Assembly: GCF_009914755.1 (NCBI RefSeq)
Contig: NC_060942.1
Source: the human T2T-CHM13v2.0 reference genome, Homo sapiens
DNA length: 64,000 nt
Reading direction: 5' to 3' (one strand)
The notes under the pieces are model-generated. The model ran no database searches. It was not told the origin of the DNA and saw only the letters and a list, made by a program, of their open reading frames with translations. The position numbers and the translations under genes were made by a program. Positions 1 to 11,053 of the stretch are shown here, one piece after another; the stretch's first letter is position 1, and the number at the start of each line of letters is the position of its first letter.

Positions 1-649
1 CAACACATACACAAACCCTTTTTATATTCTCTTAGATTTATACTTTGTGTTAAAATTTGTATTTGCCATTCATATATAAAATATTAACCGAGTTGATTTT
101 CCACATTTCCCAAAGGTATTTCTGAGAACAGATATAGTTATCAAAGAATATATCCTCTCAGAACTCTTATGCCAATGTTTATCTAATTAGAGATGCACAG
201 ACATCCCAAGTATCTGAAAGACTGAAAACTCACTTACGGGTAGCAATTAACTCAAGCCTAAACAACAACAAAAATCTATTCATATCCATGTATACACACT
301 TCTCTAGTTCCATTCAATCACTGAAAACACATCTCTCTCAGACGATGCAAACAAATGAGAGACCTTTTGCAAACCCTGAATTTTCAAGGCAGCTCACAGA
401 TAACCCTCCCTACCACACACCTCCATCAATATTACTGCCGGGCAAATGAACCTCATTTATGAACAGTAGATACACCACTGTTGCATACCACCTCGACAAC
501 TGCTCCAGACTTTGGCCAATACAGGAAATCCCACTTTATTTCTCAATAGTGCCTTTCTGCTATATATTTAAAAAAGCACATATAAAACCTTTTAATTTTA
601 TTGTTCTCTCTCTCTCTGTGTCTCTCTCTCTCTCTCTAAAGAACACTGG

Positions 650-945
650 CAGCCAGCGTGGTGGCTCATGCCTGTAATCCCAGCACTTTGGGAGGCTGAG
701 GCGAGCAGATCACTTGAGGTCAGGAGTTCGAGATCAGCCTGGCCAACATGGCGAAACCCTGTCTCTACTAAAATTACAAAAATGAGCTGGGCGTGGTGGC
801 GTGTGCCGGTAATCCCAGTTTCTTGGAAGGCTGAGGCAGGAGAATCGCTTGAACTGGGGAAGCGGAGCTGACATTGCGCCACTGCACTTCAGCAAAACTC
901 TATCTCATAAAAACAAACAAACAAACAACAACAACAACAACAAAC
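650..945 (+). mobile_element. Alu (AluS-like), small deletion near 3' end, (CAA)n tail
   Basis: GTGGCTCATGCCTGTAATCCCAGCACTTTGGGAGG start, two-arm structure, A-rich tail; preceded by a (CT)n tract at 605-637. Confidence 0.93.
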
Positions 946-969
946 AGGCAATGAAGCCAAAGAATTAAA

Positions 970-1157
970 ATTAAATCCTGACTTTTACCACTAGCCAGCT
1001 GCCTCAGGACAAATCATTTTAGTGATGACTTTTCTCATCCGTTAAATGGGGATGTCAATGATACCTCCATTTAATAAGATTCTGTTGAGACTATGCATTC
1101 ACTATGCATGGAAGTACCTGGTACAATATCTGACTTATTACAGGGACTCAATAATGA
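970..1157 (+). mobile_element. MIR SINE fragment
   Basis: TTTTCTCATCCGTTAAATGGGGAT core and ...CTCAATAA 3' end resemble the MIR consensus. Confidence 0.65.
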
Positions 1158-1584
1158 TCTCACTGCTCTCTCCTTCCTTTAGCCCATTCTTTTCCAATGT
1201 TTATCAGTTACTCCCAAAATAAATAAAATCTTTCATTTTCAGTATTTCATTTATAGCTGGTAATACCGCATTTTTAAAAAAGTGCATCACAAATAAAAAA
1301 GAAAGTCAGAAGTTTCTAACATGAGTTAAATACAAGAGAGTCATTGACTAGCTCTTAAAAGCCTCACTCAAAATTCTCTACAAAAATTCAAAAATTCTCT
1401 ACAAAATCTGAAATCTACTTTACCAATGAAATAATATTTTCTCAACACTAGCATTCAAAATGAATATCATGCTTAAAAATTCTTAACTTCTAAGTTTTTA
1501 AACAATACTGTTTTAAAATATTTTTTACTGAAAACATGTAATATTTTCACTGGATTTACAGTCTGACCTGGCACTGTAGCCATT

Positions 1585-1900
1585 CTTTTCTTTCTTTTTT
1601 TTTTTTTTCTTCTTCTTTTGAGACAAGGTCTCACTCTGTCACCCGGGCTGGAGTGCAGTGGTACAATTACGGCTCACTGCAGCTTCAACCTCCTTGGGCT
1701 GAGACGATCCTCCCACCTTAGCCTCCCTAGTAGCTGGGAAAACAGGTACACACCACCAGGCCTGGCTAATTTTTTTTGGAATTTTTTAGAAACGGGGTTT
1801 CACCATGTTGTCCAAGCTGGACTCAAACTCCTGGACTTAAGCAATGGGCCTGCCTCGGCCTCTCAAAGTGCTAGGATTACAGGAATGAGCCACCACGCAC
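1585..1900 (-). mobile_element. Alu (AluJ-like)
   Basis: poly-T then GAGACAAGGTCTCACTCTGTCACCC...GAGCCACC. Confidence 0.92.
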
Positions 1901-2379
1901 TATTTTCTATTATAAAAATGAATTTAAACAATGGATCTTCTAAGTTCCAAGGCAATTGACTACTTTAGTTATCCCTCCTGGCAGTGTCCCAGGACAATCC
2001 CCACTTTGTCCACCAGCCTGTTCAGGAGAAGGTACCATTTCAGTGCTTCCCTGGCACAGGGTACACATTGCTCTCACAGCATGTACCATTCTCACCACAG
2101 GCAGGTGCTGCTTAGGGCAAGGATTTTAACTTTCAAAGACGGCAGAGCCTAACACTGTGGTGTGCATTAGAAAAAAACTTGTTAAACTGAACCTAGGGCA
2201 GTCACTTTAACTATCAGAGCGTCCCTACTAATATAATGAAAGCCTCAGAAATCAAAAAGTTAGATTACATTCAGTATATATATTTTTAAGGCTGAGAAGG
2301 TCTTGTTGCAATTATTCCCAGTGAGAAATCACAATTAACTGAGTTTTACATGATTGGATGACTCTAACCATCCATATAA

Positions 2380-2727
<348 letters not shown>

Positions 2728-3379
2728 TCAACCCTATCCTTCTTCCTAGGGAGGCGGGAAAAACCCTGTTATATAACCCTATCTCTCCCTCTAGAGCTGG
2801 GGGGAGAAAAATCACAAAACCATTGCAAATATCAACACCAGCGATGGCTTCCAACCATAGCAAAGACCCAAGAATCACTCAGCAAGCTTGCTCTTTTCTC
2901 TGCTCAATTACCTTGCCTACAGGAGCTGATCCATTCTTCTTCAAGAAGTCATTTTATATCATCTTTCTCTTTAATCCAACACTCTTTTCTGCCTCTCTAG
3001 GGCTCAGCTCCAAATAAAACAATCATTTTCCCACTTTCAAATGTACAAACTGATAGGAATCTCTACTTATTTTCCCTTTCTTCCTTTCACAGTGGAGGAG
3101 TAGGTCTTCTATTCCTGTTTAAAGGTCAGCCCCACTCTCCTAACCCCTCATACCCTCCAGTGCAATCCCATTTCTGTGCTCCCTTTACAAGCAAACCTCC
3201 CGAAAGGGCGGTAGCAATGCTGATGGTAGCAATGATGCCCTCATCTTTGCTATGAGGCTGCAGAAGGCCTGGAAGATGAAGATGAAAAGAGAAAAATCTC
3301 AGGTATTCGTTTGGATAGAGTCATGAAGGTAAGGCAGCAGTTTATGTAGTACTTGTTTTTCTCAAGAGTTGTTATTTCT

Positions 3380-3632
3380 TCTTTTTTTTCTAGAGAGACA
3401 GGATCTCACTCTGTCACCCAGGCTAGAGTGCAATGGTGTGATCGTGGCTCACTGCAGCCTCTGCCTCCTGAGTAGCTGGGACTACAGGTGCATGGTGACA
3501 CCTGGCTAATTTTTAAATTTTCTGCAGAGATGAGGTCTTGCTATGTTGCGCAGGCTAGTTTTGAACCCCTGGGCTCGAGCAATCCTCCTGCCTTGGTCTC
3601 CCAAAGTGCTAGGATTACAGACATGAGCCACT
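3380..3632 (-). mobile_element. Alu (AluJ-like, internal deletion)
   Basis: GAGACAGGATCTCACTCTGTCACCCAGGCT...GAGCCAC. Confidence 0.88.
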
Positions 3633-3649
3633 ATCTGTAATGCGCCCAT

Positions 3650-4262
3650 CTCTCCCTTCCCTCCTTCCATTCACTGTTTAATTCATTCCCATCTAACGTC
3701 TTTCCTTCTGAAACCACTGAAACACAAATACTAAAATCACAAACAATCTCTATATATGAAGTTTAACCCATTCTCATCCTAAATGACTGCTTAATAGCAT
3801 CCAACACAAGTGACTCACTTCTTCCGTTCTAAACACTCTGGATTCTAGATTTTCTCTCAGCAACTACTTCTCAATCTGTCTACAGATCCTTCCTCCTGCA
3901 ACTGTTTAATTGATGGAGTTCCTCAGAGCTCATGCACTCTACTTTCTTCCAAAATCTCTTGCAAAGTGCTCTTATACATAGCCAATGCTATGAATACAAT
4001 ATGTATTCCGATATTTCCTTAACTTATATTACTAATCTACAGTTTGTCTCTGGGATGCAGGCAATATATCATATGGTCTACTTAATACTTCCATGTGAAT
4101 AAGTAATAAGCACCTCAAACCATAATGTTTGTTTATTGTCTACTTTCTCCACTAAAATGTAAGGCCCATAATGCTTTGGATCTTGTCTATTTTGTTCACC
4201 ATTGTGAACAAAATGCTGTATGTCATACAGCACTTGGTTCATAGCAGATGCTAAATAAATAT
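3650..4262 (+). mobile_element. L2 LINE fragments including 3' end
   Basis: CACTAAAATGTAAG...CTTGTCTATTTTGTTCACC...GCTAAATAAATAT is a typical L2 3' terminus. Confidence 0.7.
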
Positions 4263-4400
4263 CTCATAATTAAATTGGTAAGTTGTTTTATAACAGTAAT
4301 ACATCTACTTCTGAGTTCCTTTTTGTATATATAAAATAAAATATTTAGTAGAAATCTTTTCAAAAACTTATAGAATTGTATTCTTAAAAGTCTGGGTTGT

Positions 4401-4698
4401 GGCTGGGCGCGGTGGCTCACGCCTGTAATCCCAGCATTTTGGGAGGCCGAGGCGGGCAGATCACGAGGTCGGGAGATTGAGACCATCCTGGCTAACACGG
4501 AGAAACCCTGTGTCTACTAAAAATACAAAAACAAAATTAGCCGGGCGTGGTGACAGGTGCCTGTAGTCCCAGCTACTCAGGAGGCTGAGGCGGGAGAATG
4601 GCATGGCAGGAGGTAGAGCTTGCAGTGAGCCAACATCACGCCACTGCACTCCAGTCTGGGTGACAGAGCGAGACTCCGTCTCAGAAAAAAAAAAAAAT
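4401..4698 (+). mobile_element. AluY
   Basis: GACCATCCTGGCTAACACGG and GAGCTTGCAGTGAGC AluY diagnostics; poly-A tail. Confidence 0.93.
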
Positions 4699-5448
4699 AT
4701 GGGGCGGGAGAGGGGTGGAGCAAGAGAGCTGAATAGACAGCTTTATTGATCATCAGCCCTGCAGGAACACCAAATTTAACAACTATCACAAAAACGGCAC
4801 CTTCATAAGAACCAGAAATCAGTACCAGGTTTTAACTTCAGACCACCGAAAGAGGCACCAAAGAGGGTAGGAAAGACAGTCTTGAATTGCTGATGCCACC
4901 CCTCCTCCACCTCCTGGCAGTGGCCATGGGCCGCAGAGAGAATCTGTGTGCTTGGGAAAAGAAAAGCACAGCAATTGTGAGACTTTGCACCGAATTCAGT
5001 GCTGTCCTGTCACAGGGGAAAGTAAATCGGGCTGAGGCCAATGCCCACTCACAGAAGGAACATTAAGACCAGCGCTAGCCACAGAGGAATCGCCTAAATG
5101 CCTATCCCCGTAGTGGGAACTTGAGTTCTGGCAAGCCTTACCACTGCGTGCTTAAGTGCTCTGAGGCTCTAAATGAACTTGAAAGGCACTCTAAGCCACA
5201 AGGACTGCAACTCCTGGCAAGTCCTGGTGCTGAGCTGGGCTCAGAGCCAGTGGACTTGTGGGGTACATGACCTACTGAGACACCAGCCAGGATGGCTAAA
5301 AGAGTACTTGCACTATCCCTCTCCCAACGCCAGGCAGCACAGTCTGCAGCTCCAAAAGAGACCCCTTTTTTCCACTTGAAGAGAGGAGAGGGAAAAGAGG
5401 ACTATATCTTGCATATTGGATACCAGCTTCAGCCACAGTAAGACAGAA

Positions 5449-5884
5449 TAAGGGAGGAGACCACCCCTCATATTGTCTTATGCCCAATTTCTGCCTCCAA
5501 AGAGAGAAGTAAAAACTAAAAGGCAGAAATGAAATCCACAAGCAGACAGCCCGGCACCACACCCTGGGCCTGGTAGTTAAAGATCAACCCCTGACCTAAT
5601 TGGTTATTTGCATAAAAAAAGCACTGTGAAGATCCCTGTCCTATTCTGTTCCGTTCTAATTACCAGTGTATGCAACCCCCAGTCACGTACCCCCTGCTTG
5701 CTCAATCAATCACAACCCTCTCACGTGGACCCCCTTAGAGTTGTGAGCCCTTAAAAGGGACAGGAATTGCTCACTCCAGGAGCTCTCTTGAGACAGGAGT
5801 CTTGCCAATGCTCCCAGCCAAATAAACCCCTTCCTTCTTTAACTCGGTGTCTGAGGGGTTTTGTCTGCGGCTCTTCCTGCTACA
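5449..5884 (+). mobile_element. Solo LTR2-family LTR (HERV-E/Harlequin, ERV1)
   Basis: Starts TAAGGGAGGAGACCACCCCTCATATTGTC, ends CCTGCTACA; AATAAA at about 5821; perfect 4-bp TSD AGAA (5445-5448 / 5885-5888). Confidence 0.92.
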
Positions 5885-6999
5885 AGAACACCAGGCAGTC
5901 ATGAGACCCCCATTCCAGGCCCCAGCTAATGGATTTCTAGGTATACCCTGGGGCAGAAAGGAACCTGCTGCCTTGAACAGAAGGAACCAGTCTTGGCAGG
6001 ATTCATCACCTGCTGACTAATGAGTCCTTGGGCCCTAAATAATCAGCAGCAATACCCAGGTAGTACGCCATGGACCTTGGGTTAGACTACAGGATGAGTT
6101 GGCTTCAGGTGAGACCCAGCCCCTTCCCCGCTGTGGTGGCTAAGGTGAAAGACTTCTCGTGCTTGAGTAAAGCAGAGGGAGAAGTAAAAGGGGCTTTATC
6201 TTGCAATTTAGGTACCAGCTTGGCCACAGTGGGGTAGAGCACCAAGTAGGCTCTTGGGGCTCCCAGTAAGAGGACTTGGCTCTAGGACAGCATTTCCGGA
6301 TCTGCACTGGGCCAGAGGGGAGCCCACTGCCCTGAAGGGTGAGTCCCAGGGCCTGGCAGCATTCACTAAAAACTGACTGGAAAGGCCTTGGGCCCTCAAT
6401 GAACATCAGCAGTAGCCTGGCAGTAATCCCCATGGGCCTGTGGTGGTGGCCATGGGGTGAGGCTCCTCTGCCTGTGGAAGAGGCGAGGGAAGAGTGGGAA
6501 GGACTGTGTCCCATGGTTTGAGTGCTAGCTCAACCACAGTAGAACAGAATACCAGGCAGAAAAGTAGGCAGATTTCTAAGGTTTCTGACTCCAGTCCCTA
6601 GTGACCAGACAGCATCTCTAGACCTACCCCGGGGCCTGGGGGAACTTGCTGCCCTGAAGGGAAGGACAAGGGCCTGGCTGGCACCTACATTAAAACAAAC
6701 AAACAAACAAAACAAACTAAAAAAACTTCAAATAAACAACCTAAAAATGCATCCTAAAGAACTAGAAAACTAGTTTCTAGAAAACTAGAAAACTCCAAAT
6801 TAGTAAAGGCAAAGAATAAAGATCAGAACAGAAATAAATAAAAGTGAAACAACACAATACAAAAAATCAACAAAACAACAAGTTGATTTTTTGAAAAGAC
6901 AAATAAAATTGACAAACCTTTAGCCAGACTATGAAAAAAAGACAAAAGACCTAAATAAACAAAATCAAAGACGTAAAAGGAGACATTAGAACTGATACC

Positions 7000-7316
<317 letters not shown>

Positions 7317-7785
7317 TCAAAGGATTATTAGTGTCTACTATGAACAACTACATCCCAATAAATTGGAAAACTCAGATGAAATGGATAAATTCTTAGACAC
7401 ATACAACCTACCAAGATCAAACCATGAAGAAATCCAAAACCTGAACAGATAAATAATAAGTAATGAGATCAAAGTGATAAAAAGCTTCCCAGCAAAGAAA
7501 ATCCTAGGACCCAATAGCTTCACAGCTGATTCTACCTAACATTTAAAGAAGAACCAATACCAATCCTTCTCAAACTATTCTGAAAAATAGGAGGGAATAT
7601 TTCTTCCAAACTCATTCTCAAAGGTGAGTAATCCCCTGACATCAAAACCAGACAAAAGACACATCAAAAAAAGAAATCTACAGGCCAGTATCACTGATGA
7701 ATATTAATGCAAAAATCCTCAATAAAGTACTAGCAAATCAAATCCAACAACACATTAAAAAGATCATGCATTAAAACCAACCAAG

Positions 7786-8260
7786 TTGTTGCATAGAGCT
7801 GATAAATTTCTCTGAATAGACATAGAAATTGATTCTCCCAGTCTTAACACTTGAAAAAGTTTCATTTGTCTTATCCAAGTTCCTTTCTCAGGAAACCACC
7901 CATCAGGCCTCCCAGAGTATGAAGGAGCTGAAACTTACCAGATCACTGCACCTGGACAATGAGAGTTCAAATCCCCCACCCATCATGATTGCCTAACCGA
8001 CCACCTACTTCCTGTTGACCAACTTCTTTTCCTCACCCCTCCCTAACGCTTGTTTTCCCACACATGGTTACATTTCTTCCCTGTATATAAACCCCTAATT
8101 TTAGTTGGCCATGGAGATGATTTGAGACTGATCTCCCATCTCCTCAGCTGCAGGCACCCAATTAAAGCCTTCTCCCCTGGCAATAACTGTTGTCTCATTG
8201 ACTGGTTTTCTGTCCAGTGAGCAGCAGTACCTAAACAGAATCCCTGGCACTTTGGCAACA
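7786..8260 (+). mobile_element. ERV1 MER4-group LTR fragment (MER39/MER34-like)
   Basis: TATATAAACCCC TATA box, ATTAAAGCCTTC poly(A) region, ends TTTGGCAACA; exact family uncertain. Confidence 0.75.
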
Positions 8261-9409
8261 GAACCAGAACCAGACAAAGACTTATCAAAAAAAAAAAAAA
8301 TTTTTTTTTGGATACTGAATACCTAATTATTAAAAAAGAAAAATAAAAAAAGAAATCTACAGGTCATTATCACTGATGAATGTTGATGTAAAAATTCTCA
8401 AGAAAATTCTAGCCAACTGAATTCAACAACACATTAAAAAGATCATTCATCCTAACCAAGTGGGATTTTTCCCAGGGATGCAAAGATGGTTCAACATATG
8501 CAAATCAATCAATCTGACACATCATATCAACAGAATGAAGGACAAAAACCATATGATTATTCCAACTGATGTTGAAAAAGCATTTCATAAAATTCAACAT
8601 CCCTTCATGATAAAAACCCTCAAAAAACTGGGTATATAAGGAACATATCTCAAAACAATAAAAGGCATATATGAGTAACTCATGGCTAGTATCATACTGA
8701 GTAGGGAAAAACTAAAAGCCTTTCTTCTAAGATCAGGAACACGATAAGGATGCCCACTTTCATCACTGTTATTCAACACAGTACTGGAAGTCCTAGCTAG
8801 AGCAATCAGACAACAGAAAGAAATAAAGGCCATTGAAACTGAAAAGGAAGAAGTCAAATCATACTTGCTTGCAGATGGTATGATCTTATATTTGGAAAAA
8901 CCTAAATCTGAACCCCTCCCGAAAATCTATTAGAATTGATAAATTCAGTAAAGTTGGAGGATACAAAATCAACATACAAAAATCAGTCACATTTCCATAT
9001 GCCAATAGCAAACAAGCTGAAAAAGAAATCAAGAAAGTAATCCCATTTACAATAGCTACAAAAAAAAAATACCTAGGAATTAAAGTGAAAGGTCTCTATA
9101 ATGAAAACTATAAAACACTGATGCAAGAAATTGAAGAGGACACACAAAAAATGGAAAGATAGTCGATGTTCATGGATTGGAAGAATCAACATTGTTAAAA
9201 TGTCCATATTACCCAAAGCTATCTTACAGATTCAATACAATCCCTATAAAAATACCAATGACATTCTTCATAGAAATAGAAAAAAAAAATCCTAAAATTT
9301 ATATGGAACCACAAAAGATCCAGAATAGCCAAAGGTATCCTAAGCAAAAAGAACAGAACTGTAGGAATCATGTTAACTTTAAATAATACTACAAATATAC
9401 AAATAACAC

Positions 9410-10681
9410 TGTGTCCGGAATTGGTGGGTTCTTGGTCTCGCTGACTTCAAGAATGAAGCTGCGGACCCTCACGGTGAGTGTTATAGTTCTTAAAGATGGT
9501 GTGTCCGGAGTTTGTGCCTTCAGATGTTCAGATGCGTCCGGAGTTTCTTCCTTCTGGTGGGTTCATGGTCTTGCTGGCTTCAGGAGTGAAGCTGCAGACC
9601 TTCGCCATGAGTGTTACAGCTCTTAAAGGCCCAGGGCATCTGGAGTTGTTCATTCCTCCCCTCTGGAGTTGTTCCTCCCTCCCGCTGGGTTCATGGTCTT
9701 GCTGGCTTCAGGAGTGAAGCTGCAGACCTTGGCGGTGAGTGTTACAGCTCATAAAGGTGGTGAGGACCCAAAGAGTGAGCAGCAGCAAGATTTACTGCAA
9801 AGAGCGAAAGAACAAAGCTTCCACAGTGTGGAAGGGGACCCCAGCGGGTTGCCACTGCTGGCTTGGGCAGCCTGCTTTTATTCCCTTATCCGACCCCACC
9901 CATATCCTGCTCATTGGTCCATTTCACGGAGAGCTGATTGGTCCATTTTACAGAGAGCTGATTGGTCTCTTTTGACAGGGTGCTGATTGGTGCGTTTACA
10001 AACCTTGAGCTAGACACAAAAGTTCTCCAAGTCCCCACCCGACTCAGAAGCCCAGCTGGCTTCACCTAGTGGATCCCGCGTTGGGGCTGCGGGTGGAGCT
10101 GCCCACCAGTCCTGCGCCACACGCCCGCACTCCTCAGCCCTTGGGCAGTCAATGGGACCGGTCGCCGCGGAGCAGGGGGTGGCGCCCGTCGGGGAGGCTT
10201 GGGCCTCATGGGAGACCACGGCAGCGGGGCAGGGACAGGGCTCAGGCATGGCAGGCTGCAGGTCCCAAGCCCTGCCCCACGGGCAGGCAGCTGAGGCCCA
10301 GTGAGAATTTGAGTGCAGGCAGGCCGACAGTGCTGGGGAACTCAGCGCACCCTCTGCAGCTGCTGGCCCAGGTGCTAAGCCCCTCACTGCCCAGGGCCGT
10401 TGCTGCCAGCCACTCCAAATGTGGGGCCTGCCAAGCCAGTGCCCACCCAGAACTCATGCTGGCCCGCGAGCGCCTGGCGCAGACCCAGTTCCCGCCCACA
10501 CCTCTCTCTCCATACCTCCCTGCAAGCAGAGGGAGCCGGCTCCAGCCTTGGCCAGCCCAGAGAGGGGCTCCCACAGTGCAGTGGCAGGCTGAAGGGCTCC
10601 TCAAGTGCAGCGAGAGTGGATGCTGAGGCCTGAGGAGGCACCAAGAGCGAGCAAGGGCTGCTAGCACATTGTCACCTCTCA
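9410..10681 (-). mobile_element. ERV9 solo LTR12-family LTR (copy 1, 1272 bp)
   Basis: Plus strand begins TGTGTCCGGAATTGGTGGG and ends GTCACCTCTCA, the reverse complement of LTR12 termini; U5 repeats CAGGAGTGAAGCTGCAGACC; 4 ATTGG boxes. Confidence 0.96.
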
Positions 10682-11053
10682 CTACAATATACAAATATAT
10701 ATATATATATATAAAATACCACAAATATACAAATACTACAACTATATTACACTACAAAGCTACAGTAACCAAAACATCATGGTACTGGCATAAAAACAGA
10801 TACACAGACCAATGGAACAGAATAGAGCCCTCAGAAATAGATCCATACATCTACAATGAACTCATTTTGGACAAAGTTGCCAAGAATATACACTGGGGAA
10901 AAGACGGTCTCTTCAATAAATGGCAGGAAAAATGAGAAAACTGGATATCCACATGCAGAGGAATGAAACTAGACCCCTATCTATCGCTATGTACAAAAAT
11001 AAAATCATACTGGATTAAAGACTTAAATGTAAGACCTCAAATTATGAAACAAA

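Noticed and set aside
3240-3335. Purine-rich stretch ending in AAG|GTAAGG as a plus-strand exon
   Set aside because: No convincing upstream acceptor and opposite to the inferred host strand; compatible with chance.
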